NCBI RefSeq assembly: GCF_006345805.1
Contig: NC_042999.1
Location: forward strand, 94,364,001 to 94,428,000
From: Octopus sinensis
Lineage: Eukaryota
DNA: 64,000 nt
Direction: 5' to 3'
Shown: positions 40,674 to 55,600 of the stretch, piece by piece
How positions within the stretch are numbered: the first letter of the stretch is position 1
Layout of the letters: every line of letters begins with the position of its first letter
The notes under the pieces: generated by a model
The model's input: only the letters and a program-made list of their open reading frames with translations
Databases searched by the model: none
Told to the model about the DNA's origin: nothing
Position numbers and translations under genes: made by a program

Positions 40674-41583
40674 ATATATATAGATGTTATATAATAACGA
40701 TGTGTAAAATAATTTCCCAAGGCAATCCATTATGGTTCTAATTTTATTTGCTTTCAAATCTCTCTCAAAATGCATGAGGGCAACTTTAACTATGCATGTT
40801 ACATACCGAAGATGTTGTTAGGTAAGAAATCCGAAAAAAATTCAATAAAAGATATACCACAAAGAGGAAATAAAAGTTATAGAGGATATATTCTGACACA
40901 ATCTCTGACCGATAGCCTCCAACACTCTACTCAAACTAAGTTCTGCATTCCTCATTAATACAAGAAACTGCACAGTACGCTCTGTACACTGAATCAAAAT
41001 CTAACAAATAAAAACTGAGCGCAACTCGCACAATATATTAGAGAGTTACCACGACATAACTAATACAAACAGATTTAGCATACAAACAGATTCCGACTTC
41101 TTAAAATGAAATGTTACGTGTACCTCAATTACAGTTTCACCTGGTGATGCAGAAGTGATACATAATTATTTCTAATTTTGGCACAAGGCCAGGAAATTTT
41201 AGGAGAGCAGAGTCCGATTTCATAGACTGGCGCGCTAAAAATTCTGGAAGCTCAACAACTTCCAGTAATAACAGATAATAAAGAGAAATATATTATCATC
41301 ATTATTTTTGGTTTGACTCAGGTTCGGTCTTATTCTTGGTAGGAATTATGTGGATAGCGGTTTACTACCTGTAAACTTATTGATCCACAAGTTTTCAGCA
41401 GTCTTTCAAGCGATTAGAACCCTCCAGATAACCCTTGCTGTTCTCAAGAGAGAAAGCATTTTTGTAGGCGCTCTACTGAGCATTTTATTTCAATTTCAGT
41501 CATTTGTCTATATCTTGGCTTACTGTTCTCAACGCACAATTTATTAGAAGCATGCCCTTTACTCTTCCCTTGCTTATTGTTGT

Positions 41584-41584
<1 letters not shown>

Positions 41585-41660
<76 letters not shown>

Positions 41661-41674
41661 TAATAATAATAATA

Positions 41675-41743
<69 letters not shown>
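41585..41743. repeat. Spacer-less (AAT)n(ATT)n palindrome centred at 41675/41676
   Basis: Directly visible. About 68 bp of each arm is self-complementary. Confidence 0.9.
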
Positions 41744-42970
41744 TCTTTGTTTATTTTTTATGATTATCCTCTTCTTTCAATTGACACGTAGGGAAAAGAA
41801 TGCCATTTTGCATTGGTTGGCCATTAAAGTAAACACGTCAGATAGTTCATTTACAAAGTCATGTGATAGAAAAAAAAACGAGAAGACAGACAGGCAGATA
41901 AAGGAAAGAAAAACAGAAAAATTGAAATTAAAAGGCAAAGAAAATAAAGGGGAAGAAGGAAAAAAATTCACAATAACATTGCTCTTCTCAATACGTATGA
42001 CGTACCAGTTAAGATAATCTTTTGCCCTCCCTGCATGAATGTTAGCCTAAGTATCATCCTCAATTATTATTATTATCATTATTATTATTATTATTATTAT
42101 TACCATCATCATCATTATCATAATCATCATCGTCGTCGTCGTCATCATCATCATCAGTATTTTTATTATTTATTTAATTTCTTGCCGCTTCTACAACTAA
42201 TACTAATACCACCAGCGCTACTCCAAATAATTATTGTTTTTAGTAAAATCTTTTCCAGCAGCGGTTTAGTATTTCAGGGGAAAATTATTTTTCTTTTATG
42301 AATATGATAATAATATTAAAATAAAATTAGAGGTATTCAGTATGAAGAAAGATGCATTCAAGATATTTCCAAAGAAGTAAAGCAGTTTTCAAAGATAAAC
42401 TTATTAAATTATTTCATTCATTTGTCCCAATATTGAATTCAACACGTGCATATCTGTGCAAAACGATTAGATTTTTTTAAATGTGTTTAATCAATCCGAA
42501 ACATAAAAAAGGAAACGATTTAATTGAATTTGTGACGATTCGAGAACACAGAGCATATTTACGTTTAGATTTATATGTCTTTAATTATGTTTTGAATGCT
42601 TGCGTGGTAATATTGATGGAACGAGTGGCCGTTACCACACTAATATGACAAGGTCTAATGGACAACTTCTAATTTGTGAAAAGGAAAACATGATGGAGAG
42701 TTTAAATTTGTTAATGATGGTTTGATTTATTATTCTCCAGCTTCAAATATTGCTTCTGAACCAACTAATAATATTTCTGACGTGACTGATTAACTATCGT
42801 GTTATTCTCGAGTGAATAATCTATTGTGAACTTTGACAATTATCAGATAACAAAGGATTAGTTATTTGCAACCCACTTAATAATAAATAACACTCAAGGT
42901 GAAGAAACAAAGGAAAGCAAAATACTATGCTGCTCTCTTTGAATTGCAAATATCTGTCCCCAAATAAACA

Positions 42971-43051
42971 CAGTAATTTGTTCAATTTTTTTAAAGTTTC
43001 TTTTGTTTTCTATAATACGTACACACGCACACACGGAGGTATATGTATATA

Positions 43052-43104
<53 letters not shown>

Positions 43105-43279
43105 CATATGTATGTATATATATATATGTATGTATGTATGTATATATGTATGCATGTATATATGTATGTATATATGTATGTATAATATATATATATGTAT
43201 GTATGTATGTATATATGTATGTATATATGTATGTATGTATATATATGTATGTATGTATGTATATATATATATATGTATG

Positions 43280-43315
<36 letters not shown>

Positions 43316-43418
43316 GTACTATTCCAGTAATTTGTTCAACATTTTTTACGTTTCTTTTCATAATACATACACACGCAAGCATATACATTTATATACATTT
43401 GTGTGTATATACATATGC

Positions 43419-43492
<74 letters not shown>

Positions 43493-43560
43493 GTGTTCTG
43501 GTAATTTGTTCAATATTTTTTAAGTTTGTTTTGTTTTCTATAATACATACATGCACACAC
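42971..43560. repeat. Three diverged ~60-bp units separated by expanded (TA)/(TATG) arrays
   Basis: gtaatttgttcaa..tttt..gtttcttttgttttctataatac.tacac at 42971, 43325 and 43499. Confidence 0.85.
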
Positions 43561-43629
43561 ATCCCCACATACACAACATCTCACCCCATAAGCGCTGTGC
43601 ATATACATCGTATATGTGTTTATATATGT

Positions 43630-43675
<46 letters not shown>

Positions 43676-43695
43676 GTATATATATTATGTATATA

Positions 43696-43750
<55 letters not shown>

Positions 43751-43759
43751 GTATATCTA

Positions 43760-43823
<64 letters not shown>

Positions 43824-43853
43824 ATAGATACATATATATATATATAATATATA

Positions 43854-43913
<60 letters not shown>

Positions 43914-46315
43914 ATATATATATTGTACATATATATTGTATATCATATATCATATATACATCCTTTAAGAGACATTTATCCTTAAATTGCTTTCGCTATT
44001 TTGCATAAACAGAATATTGTTGTTGAACATTGAAGAAATTAATACGATCAAAGCAATATCTACCACCACAAAATCGCTAGACATTAGATTGAGATTATGA
44101 CCTCATTTACATTAATCATGTTGTCGAATAGCCAAACTATTGATGTAACAAGGGAAAATGCTCTTTACATAATTTTGTAAAGGATACAGTCGATTAATTC
44201 TCAGAAACACAATAACTTTTTTGGAGATTCTTGTAACACGTCGATTACAAAAAGGGATGGACGACATATAGTTATCGTGTTGCCTTCGAAACACTAAACC
44301 ACTACATTAACTAACATTAGACATGTTTACTTTATTTATGGTTTTTCACATTAGTCGAATAGCATCAATAGCATGGGTTGTTCTTTTATTTTTCTACAGC
44401 AAACGCGTATGCCCTTGCATAATTCACTCTCATGAAAATGTTGCATGATCTTGTGGCTTCTATTCAGAAATACTATGGCATTTGTTCAAATACGGATTTA
44501 AGAATCCGATGTAAAGACTAACTTGTAAATGGTCTTAAAACCTCTATCAATACAGGTAGAGAATTTCTCACTGATACAGCAACCTTAAATAAGGCTTGCA
44601 GTTTCTTTAGTCGGAGAATCCTTTAACTTTTCCACTCTGTATTTCTCCCTTCTTTTTCATCTATCTTCATTTTGTGATTTACATTCACCATATTATGTGC
44701 ATAAACGTTAAAATATACCTTAGTCACTCATTGCATCCGTGTTTGTTTACATCGATTTTATAAATAAACCAATACAAAACACTATAAACTCATTTTAACA
44801 ATAATCAAATCTCTCGCTTACACTACGTACATGAGACAGACATTGTTAAACTATCCACCAGTGTGAGGGCTTTTTATCGGCCAATTTCCGACGTAATGTT
44901 TGTAGTATTGAGGCGGTCTTAATCCGTAGTGTTGTTTCGTCCGACTCTAGATTAGTATCACAGTTCGATGGATAGTGATGAATGTGTTTCTTGGTACAAG
45001 GAGCCTAAATTTGAATTCAAAGAATGAAAACGTGCATCGGATGGAGCTTGCCAAATCTCTGTCTCTCTAACAATTCAACCAATCAATTCGCCCTGGAGTG
45101 ATAATTTGTTCGGTAGGCCTGTAAGTATGAAAGTCTAAGTTGACAAAAACGCACACGCATCTTTTGAAGTCAAAATGTTGTCAGCTGAAACAAATTAGGA
45201 AATTGTTAACATCTATGACTTCAATCTACATATTCGCCGCATTAGAAATCTTAATACGTAGGAGGATCAAAACACAGCACTGATATTGTTACTAATACTT
45301 GCAACTATAATGAGATGATACAAAACTCTAAACCTTACGTGGTAAACGATCTTACCTATGCATTAAAATATGTGAAACTTGTAAATCAAGCTTTCTTTCG
45401 TAAAAGATAAATGCAGTATCACTAGTTTGTGTTATTAAAAATAAACAGCACCAGTTCATAAACCCATTAACATTTTATTAAACTAGATTCATCTCTGATG
45501 TTTTCATGCTGCGATTTATAATTTAATTTTATAATATATTCAAAAACCAAACTTTAAATTATATTTTCAAATTAAAATTGTTAATAGAGCTTCTCTTTTT
45601 TATAGATACATGGCAAAGTTTCAGAGATTGTCTTTAAATCTAGCATGTTGGCTCGTTTCAAATGGGAAGATTAATCAGAATGGGCTATCAATAATCACAC
45701 ATATATCGAAGGACGAATGTGCAATTACAAACAAGTACAAATTCATACACTAGACGCGCACAATCACACACACACACATACACACACACTTGCACGCATA
45801 CACACTGGCGTGAGTAAATGTATGTATGTGTGCGTGCTAGTATATGGTGTGTGTACGAATTTGATGTGCTTGGTGTATTTTGTATATATTCCATATGCGG
45901 GTCATTGTGTGTTTTTAGGGATGTATACAATTATGTTTGCCTGTATGTATGAGTGTGTGCGCGTCTGTGTGTGAATATATAGAGTGACGGAACCAAATAA
46001 GAAAACATTTTGAATCGATAATACAAACGATTAACACACAAATGCTGAATATTTGACATTTCATTTACTAAATCAGTAACCTTCTTTTGCTGATCACTAT
46101 AAAACTTTGGAAAGTCAAACTGCACAACTAAAGAATACTTTGGTAACGTAGCATTAAGTGATTTTAGTTTTTCTCTCTGATTTTAAACGATAATAACAAC
46201 ACACTGATAACTTAATTTTGCAATCTTTCTCTTTCTTAGAATCTTCCGCTCTCACATAGCACTTTCATAACACACACACACACACACTCACACATACATG
46301 CACACACACACAGAC

Positions 46316-46348
<33 letters not shown>

Positions 46349-47049
46349 CATAAATGTGTGCGTATGTGTGTACGTGTGTATGTATATACATTTATAACTC
46401 CTGTCACCTTCAGCTGTTTTAATCAAGGCTGTGCAATGAAAGGTTTAGTTGAATAAATCGACCCCACGGCTTTTTGTTTAAGTTTGGTAAAATTCTGTTG
46501 CACACTTTTGTCGAATATGTTAGTTACAGGAACATAAACATACCTACGCTATTTGTGAAGCAATAGTGGAAGATGGACACAAACGTAAACACACACACAC
46601 ACACACACACTAACGCAAATGCATACACATACACACATATACACTCAAAAGCAAGCGCAATCACATATATTGACATATGCATACATTTATATGTATGACT
46701 CCACATATGTATAACGATTGCTATACCATTTAAACTTCGCTTAAGGGAAACAATTTACAGTTTTTATTCGGTTTTGTGTAGTATATTTCCTCTCCAAGTT
46801 TGGGCGAAGTTTAGGTGAGAAATATGTAACTCTATTAAGACCAAGCCCGGATATCTTGATAATAACTAACGCTGTTGAATATATCCCTTAACTTGACAGA
46901 GTGCTTCCATGAAAATAATACTTTGCAGGACATTGCCATAATCATTTACATTGTCATTATGGTCTCCTCTTTATTTTCTTGTGTATGTAATTGTATGTTT
47001 ACATGAGAATTGTATGACATTCCTTTGGAATTTGGACCTACTTCCAAGT

Positions 47050-47560
47050 TTTCGTTTCCCTTCATTTTAAAATCCTTCCATGACTTGCTGTTGGTATGAT
47101 GGATCCTGCATTCACTATACTATGGGTGCTTCTTCTATGTGTTGTATTGTTTTTATTAGTTTGTAGGCATTAGTTTGTATTGCTTTCATTGGCTTCTGGC
47201 AGGTTATCTGGATTCTGTGTATTTGGTTGTTTGGTACGATTTCCCATGTACAGTCATCTTCTGAACTGTTCCATTTCAATTTGTGTGATCATGTTATTGT
47301 CCATTAGTAATCTTCACCCATCCACAAATGTGTTTGCAGTGATATTTTCCTCCCTTCGTACTTTTTCCTCTGCAATTCATCGATCTTCTTTTGGATTTAT
47401 TTTTAATCGACTAATAAGAAGGTAATATTTTAGTGTAATGCTTTTTAAAAGGATGTTCCTATTTAATTTTTAGTATAATTTGCAAACTTTATTAAGGAGT
47501 TTTGACAGTTAAGGATCTTCAGAGGGCTATAATTCTGGGCCAGGTCTTTTCGTTATTCTT
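47050..47560 (-). mobile_element. Possible R4/Dong N-terminal ORF remnant
   Basis: Minus strand TANTFVDG*RLLMDNNMITQIEMEQFRR loosely resembles the Dong N-terminal EQRLADQ.R.I..N.L...EIE.IRR segment. Heavily decayed. Confidence 0.35.
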
Positions 47561-47949
47561 GTATTATGTTATGAAACTACTAACACATCCTAACTCAACT
47601 AGTCAAGTTATAGAATATGAATGATTTATCAATGGACATAGTTGAGATGCTATTAAATAGTGTTGATTTTTCTGAGATTTTCGTTAGTTTCATTTTTCCT
47701 AGATCCTATTCAAAGGTTTGTTTTACTGTCTCGAGTGTTTAGTCCTTATTTTGGTGGCACTTGTTAGTTGAAATATGCATTTCCAAGTAAAAAACACGTA
47801 TAATACATATTATATGCATGAATTGGATCTACAGGGATCATTTCATTCTGATTATATTCAAAATTCCATTTGACTTGTCACTCTATATTTACTTATATGG
47901 ATTTATTTCAAAAGTATATATATAATGCCTTATCATACGTAAAAAGTAT

Positions 47950-48113
47950 AGGCGATGAGTGCTTGTGTGGTAAGAAGCTTGCTTCCCAACCACATGGTTC
48001 TTTGTTCAGTCCCACTACTTGGCACTCGAGGCATGTGTTTTCTACTATGGCCTCGGGCCGACCAAAGTCTTGTGAGTGGATTTAGTAGATGGAAACTGAG
48101 AGAATACCGTCGT
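47950..48113 (+). mobile_element. SINE family A, 5' half
   Basis: gtgtggtaagaagcttgcttcccaaccacatggtt...gttcagtccc...ggccgaccaaagtcttgtgagtggattt. Confidence 0.85.
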
Positions 48114-50238
48114 ATATATATTTCTTCGGTACTCTTTTAAATCGTTAATTAGGATTTCTCACTACTGCCGGTGTATCTTACACGATTTAATATTTAATTG
48201 AAAGTTTTTAATCTCAAATTTGATATGATTTTTAATCGATATATCAACCTTTATTTATTTATTTATTCTTTTCACGTATTTTTTTTTAACCTCATATAAC
48301 TCTTATTTCTTTCTAAATAATATATAGATATGTTCCTTGCCTAGATGCAATTTTATGTTATACGTAGTTATTATGTTGATGTAAATGGTAAATATAAAAT
48401 GATTATCTAAATTTTTGTCTCGTCTTAAACCTAGTTATATAATATATATACGCATTATGTATATATGGATATATACAGAGATATATATGGTTGTGTGAGT
48501 ATATATATATATACATATACACAAGTGATACAGATTAATTAATCCTTTGGTCTGTATTTTCTGCCGTTATCCCAGTTCGAACCAAGTATCGATACCGTAT
48601 ACTGATTGACAGTAATTTTTTGAAGTTTCTTTGATTGAAAATAACTTGAATGGAAGATAATCCTCGAGCACATATTTTCTCGTTGTGTATGTATGAAGAT
48701 ATAAGACATGCTGTCGATATAACCCAAAGAGTTATTTAACGAACAGCTGCAACCTTTTTGGTAGAAATAATGTGTCAGTTGGTGTCTATGAGAAATACTT
48801 CTTAAGCTCTGATGTGATGCATTCGTCCATTTGTGTAGTTATCTGTTATCATACATAACATAAAGACTTCAGGAAAGTCAAATTTACAGCAGTACTAACA
48901 GCCATCCAGAATTTAGTAGACACTATAGACAACGGTCAATGAGGCATAAATGCATCTAATTATTTCACTAGTCGTTGCTGGGAATATTTCTTTGTCCCTC
49001 CGATATATATATATTTTTTTGTTTTTTTTTTAAATACAGAACGTCTATTACAGATATAATCTCCAGCTGAATATCGCAGTAAATTGGCTTTCCGTTATAT
49101 ATCTACATTACGTATGATACACATCACATATATGGTTATTTTAATACTCCTTGTATAGCAGATAACGTATTCCAGTTCTATGTTACGTACGAATGAGCGA
49201 TACATTTCTCAGTAGATTCGCGTCTCAGTCAATATCATATATCTAAACGATTTCAAACAATTTGTAAAGGGTTTTGTGAAATAAGTAAGAAAATAAGATA
49301 TTCGTTCCGATAAACAACGGAAACCACATAACAGATTTTAACTCGCGCAAATGAGCTGCCACCCAATAACTCGTGATTTATGTAAGACAAAGACATAGTA
49401 ATTTACATTTAGTTTTAACTAACTTCAAAATCCCATATTTTACGGGGAAATGTATAATGGGTACTCTCTAGTATTTACAGACCTTTCTAAGTCACAAAGT
49501 GTCTCATCAGAAAATATTTTCTTTACTTATCTCTGTAGATATATACTATAAAATGATTGGCAGTATACTTGAATATTACGCTTTAAGAAAAAAAATCATC
49601 TTACGAACATTAACCCATAGCAGATTTTATTATTTTATAAATATTTCTCACGTGATATACATATATCAACATAATATAAATAGCATAATATAGATAAACA
49701 ATATAAACATAATAGAAATAGAAATGTTGCTCTCGTTTACTCAAATATCTGAACACATTTTGTTAAATGTGTCCAATTGCAGATTTACCAATTCTTCAAT
49801 GTTTATATATTGTAGTCGGTTCTCTGTAAACTTCATAGAATATTTGTGTTATGGTTCACTATACAAACGAAAGTAGAATTACATATCGTCAATAGATTGC
49901 ATATCTAATTCAGTATCTTTGGTCAATGTCTTCCAAAATCGGTATTCAAATATACTTCCTCGAAATGATTAAATATTCACAGCTGAAAGGATTGTTTAAC
50001 AAAAATTACTTGAGAATTATATTTACTTTGGCAGATTCTAAAGCAACAGAATTAGTCAGAAACAAATACAGCCATTCATTGTTGTAGTCTTTTATATATA
50101 TTCCTATGTTCAACGATATTTCGACTTCTATCATTTTGTGTGCAACATACTACAGGCCATGCAGTCTTGTTACGTTGCACGTAACTAGGCATCTGAAATA
50201 CATGAAACAACTCGTATGTTAAGAGGAAATCGCATATT

Positions 50239-50556
50239 CTTTTCTACTCTAGGCACAAGGAAGAAATTTTGGGGGCCAGTTGATTAGATCGACCCAGTAC
50301 GCAACTGGTACTTAATTTATCGACCCGGAAAGGATGAAAGTTAAAGTCGGCCTGGGCGGATTCGAACTCAGAACGTAAAGACAGACGAAATACCGCTAAG
50401 CATTTCGCTCGGCGAGCTAACATTGCCTATTTTTTAATGCCCACAAGGCTAAACATAGGGGAGACAAACAAGGATTAAGTCCATTACATAGACTCCAGTA
50501 CACAGCCACTAGGCATTTCGCCCGGCGGGCTAACGTTTCTTCCAGCTCGCCACCTT
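50239..50556 (-). mobile_element. Tandem two-unit SINE (family B) inside one 16-bp TSD
   Basis: gaggaaatcgcatatt at 50223-50238 and 50557-50572. Two head segments (catttcgctcggcgagctaac and catttcgcccggcgggctaac) and two tails lie between them. Confidence 0.8.
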
Positions 50557-51171
50557 GAGGAAATCGCATATTAAAATAGTGATTTGCAAAATCATGTCCT
50601 GTAATTCATGAACCCATCTTACAAGTTTCCTTTTAAGCCTTTTAGTTTTCACTATCACTACTTTCATTGTCATTTCCCTTCTCATCCTCATTATTCTTTA
50701 TTGTTGACGACGCCCCTCCCTGCTATTGCAGTAGTGATCCCTTCGTGTTCGACATGGTGATTTTCATTATCATCATCATTATCATTATAATAAGTAGCGA
50801 TTTGTGGAGCGGGAGATTCATTTTAATTTAAGATAGGTGCATGGCGTCAAACACCGGAAAACCTTCCTCTTCTTATTTACTTTTTAACTTTACTTTAAAC
50901 AAGAAATGTTCTGCACTTTTCCTAGAGCACTTATTCTCACACAGCAAGGTGAAAAATATGTGGAATTACGTACAACAACTGAAGTATACACTGAATGTAT
51001 ACAGAGAGTTCTCAGGGTCACTTCTATATATATATATATATGCGTGTGTCCATCGTTCTCAGATAGTATGCATATTCAATAACAAATTATATTCATGAAG
51101 CTTGTTCATCAAAGCATAGTTGCAACCCAGTAAGAGTGTCTCCGAGCAAATACTTGATCTTCTCAACTTAC

Positions 51172-51331
51172 TGATCTCATTTTCTTAAAATCGCGTCCGA
51201 CTATCGTGCTCAGTATTAAAATTAGAAGACAAAAGTGAATAATTTCCTGAATAATATATACAAGTGCGATAATGATGAGGGGTATAATGCACATGGTCCT
51301 GAGAGTGTTCATTTGTGACCTGGTATTGTAG
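51172..51331 (-). CDS. Candidate internal exon of an unidentified minus-strand gene (hydrophobic peptide)
   Basis: Acceptor tctctgttttcctgttttatactttttag, donor A/gtaagt. Open reading YNTRSQMNTLRTMCIIPLIIIALVYIIQEIIHFCLLILILSTIVGRDFKKMRS (phase 2 to 0). No homology recognised and could be chance. Confidence 0.25.
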
Positions 51332-52612
51332 CTAAAAAGTATAAAACAGGAAAACAGAGACAATATACAATTTTTTTATCTTCTAATAAAGCTCTAAATA
51401 TTTTACAGGTTATTGTAATCTCACACCTCTTAGATAATCCCATATTTTGTTTCTCGTAGTGCATTTTAGGCCCGCGATACTTAATATGTATATCCTTTTT
51501 GCAAGGACGATCGAGTGACTTAAAGTTTTTCGTTCTTATAATAGTCGAGCACGTAGAGATCCTCCTAGAATGTAATATACCATTGAAATTGTGATATTTC
51601 TCATAAAAGTTTGTTATTACATTGTGTCTAAAACATTTTCAATGGACTTTACACCAATTTAACATGATTTTATTCTTGAAAACATCGAAAAGTCATTCTG
51701 AATAATGCCTTTGATGATATTCTCCTAAGTTGAACGTAAAGCAACAGCAATTAACAAAGTATTATTTGTTATGCGTCGCTAGAAATTAACAGCGTTTTTT
51801 TTTTATAACATATGACTGGCATAGCAACTACAAGAACGCGCTACCATCTTGAAATAACTTCAACCAATTAAAGAATGTCGATAAATTTTACATCGTAAAA
51901 TAGACATGCAGAAGGCATTAATTTCATGGCATTCATGAGAATCATTTTAATCTTTAAATTTTTATGGTGTTTCGTTTAAATTGTCAGCGTGTCAGCATCT
52001 GGAACATTAAAGATAAAAATGACTCCTTCATTTTGAAGCAATATGACTCATCATATTTGGTTATGTACTTTACTACATTTTTAATATTTGCTACATATAT
52101 TGGGAAGTAATGAAACAAGATAAGTCAACAAAAATAATAAAATAATTCTTTACGCATTCACCAAGTAATGTCTATAGCTATATGTCGGACATTATGCATA
52201 CATATAGGCTCACTCTCTTACGTGTACACATGCACCGAAATTAAGCAACGTACGCTCAAAGACACATTCGTATAAGAATACAGGTGGTAGAGAGCTAGAT
52301 TGGCATGTGCATATATACAGATGTGCGTGTGTTTGTATGTATGTATGTATGTATGTGTGCATATCATGTACTTGCGTGCGTGCATAGTAATGATATATCC
52401 TGTACACATAAATGCTAACACCACAATGTGAACACCATGCTGTAGATTCATAATTATATCATCCATGATTGCAAATAGACACGTTGTTCGGCTCACAGGC
52501 AGCTAAGTGCGGGATAAGCAGCTTTAACATTTACTGTTTGTCATGAAAAATTCGCAAATCTCAATTGCCACAACAAAGAGACTGTCTACTCGTACACATG
52601 AATTACACTTAC

Positions 52613-52645
52613 GCATGCGTACGAGTTTCACATACTACCTTTTCT
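52613..52645 (-). CDS. Candidate 33-bp exon, phase-compatible with 51172-51331
   Basis: Acceptor atatttttgttttag, donor C/gtaagt. Only open frame is EKVVCETRTHA (phase 2 to 2). Confidence 0.2.
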
Positions 52646-55600
52646 CTAAAACAAAAATATCGACTCCGTATGGTGCTTATTAAAAATTTTCATGATTCGC
52701 TATGATATATTTTAAGGATTTAATTATTTCTAGTGATGAAAATAACAATTATCGAATTTATGAACATTATGTACCTAACATATATGTGTGTATGCATATG
52801 TATGCATGTATTCGCATGTGTGTATGTCTGTAAAACGTGCGAATAAATTAATTTAAGACATCCGTCACTTAGGTGATGCAAATGGTAAGCGATAAATTTC
52901 TTCTAATCCTTTGCAAACAAAATTCTAATGCTCTTGTCATATGTGTTAACTGACTTTTGCTGATTTTCTGAGATGAATAATTACTATTTGTATAAGTAGA
53001 TTTTTTTATAAACTAATGTCCGCCTCTCTGGATTTATAAACTTGATGTTTTGAATGTTGAAATAAATAGACGTTTTCCAGATACCTATGCTATTCGGCTT
53101 GATCTCGATCCGAACTCAATTGACAGGAACTGATAATTCTTATTTCGTTGACCGTACTCACGTATTGTAGAGGCAGTTATTGACCATCAGTAGAAGTGTT
53201 AGTTAGTAGTGAACATTTCTTCTGACGGAAACATTGCCTGAGAGGAATGGCATGGAGTGCATAGAATATGTTGGTGAAATGGTTTATGAAACATCACATG
53301 AGTGATCGGGAACTAAAACATCGATTCAGTCTTAAGTTTTCCCCTTCCAGTGGTGAAACATACATTAAACCCAAGGACAACTTAATCAATATTAACTAGA
53401 TAAAGCATAGAATAATTCCCGGGGCATGAACAACGCATAAAGAACATGAATAAAGGGACTACTTCAAAAACATTCAGACAATATAACAGAATGTAGCAGC
53501 CCAATGAGAACGGTAGAGAAAACAGCAGACTAAATTTTCTGACTCTAAAATGAAGTATCTAAAATTGAAGTACCTTACGTCCTTATGTTTATTGTGCAAA
53601 CCATTACTTTTCTATGTATATATATTCCAGATGTCTTCCGATGTATCATGTACGAGATTTATAACCGTAAACTGTGGCCTAAAAGCTGTCATATCTCTTT
53701 GAAATTCTGATGTCTTCTCTAACAAGAGTAGTTTATCCGTGTGTAAATATATTTCCGTTTTCACATATAAGTTTCATTTGGGATTTCTCAAATACATATG
53801 TACACAGCAGTCACAAGTACACAGATACTGAACTAACAAGGAGCATCCGTTGTCTTCCCTAACAAGGAGAATCCGTTGAATGTCCTTCTTAAACAAATGT
53901 GCAAGTTATTCATGTTCCCAAAGCCTTGAATCATATGTCATATTGAGGAGGACTCTTCATTTTCTATGTGTGAAGCCACAACAAACTCACTTTATAATGA
54001 AAACTTTCAAGTTGCAATATAACCAGAGATAGCTTTACAATTTTGCATAGAAATCTCAAAACCAGCAAACTACAAAATGAAAGAAATCTCAAGTTGAGAA
54101 TCAACGAGCAGTCAATAAGCTTTTGAAGTGATTCGACAAATGCTGATGTTGAAGAAGTGGTTAAAATGAGAAAAATTCAAACTATTCACATCAGGCGAAC
54201 TTCTGCATTTGATTTCATTTATATTATACATTAATTTCCTTGAATAATTAAAATTATGTATCGTGGCACCGAATGACCTGTTAGTTGTTCGTTCGATTGA
54301 TCAAAAATCTCATATATTTTGCCGTAGTACTAAGATACAAAGCAACACCATTTTAAACATTTTAGATAATCTAGCCGCATTAATTCCATGAACTGAAAGT
54401 TTGTTATTGTGAATGAAATAATTTGATAATTTTCCATATCCCAAACAACGCTGAAACATTATATACATTATTCCCTTGGCAAGGTGATTGTTGCATATTC
54501 TAGAGTAACCATTTTAATCATGGTTCAACGAGAAGTGGCAACTCGCATACTCTACATCACTCAATCATCTGTAATATTTAAGTGAAATTTCTTCTTGCTG
54601 AGTAATAAAAAATTATCCTTACGAAATATGACTTGTCTTTTGAGAGATATTCTTTAGATAGTTATCTATTTACCACATTTTAAAAAGTACTGATGGGATG
54701 TATTTATTCCATCATCAGAGACTGTATGTTGGGGATCTTTTTTAGGTAAATTAAATTAAACGTAGTTCAGTGTCTGTGTATTTGTGACTGCCGTTTACTT
54801 ATGTATTGGAGAAATCGCAAATGAGACTTCTATGCGAAAATGGAAATATATTTACACACGGATAAACTACTGTAAGGACAAAGTCGTTGGCATACGAAAT
54901 ATGTACGACAGAAATAGAATTTATGCTTATGTAAATAAATCGATTCCAGTATGTTCTTGTAATTCTAAATAATTATAATTACTCCGAATATGATTAGACA
55001 AAGATACAGTTTGTACATTTTAGATTCCACACAATTTCTGATTAAAACATCTTACCATGAATATACATCGTAAAGTATATTTAACAATTATAGAAAATCA
55101 TTTAACGCATATTACGTGTCCACGTCTCTCCATTATAAGTAGAGTAGTTTTAGTGAGGTAACGATTATTAGCATTATGCTTACATGATGTCTCATATTAA
55201 AAATACTGAGATGAATTAAATCACATACTTTTATCATCTTCCATATATCGCCAAAAAATGCTACTGAAAAAGCTATGAATAGATTTTGGATTAGAAACTT
55301 CGTGTACAAGTTTCTTTTGATGAGTATAAAATTTCAGCGTCATGAACAATTTTCATCAATGCAGCTGACAAGATATTTAAGCAATATAATGTTTTTTATT
55401 TTTATAGTTCCTTAAACGGATAACTATAAACCAATAAGAAATGCAGTATGTACCAAAGCCAATTTACTAAATTAATTGATTATGCCAAATTTAATTGGGT
55501 TTATTTAAGAAATTACGTACGATATTTCCCTTAATATACTTAACCATACATTACCGTTTACACAAACTCTTCATATATGTGTATAATAGCACCAATGGAT

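Noticed and set aside
54690-54722. Minus-strand CUGAUGA plus hairpin resembling HHR-3
   Set aside because: No GAAA core follows the hairpin.
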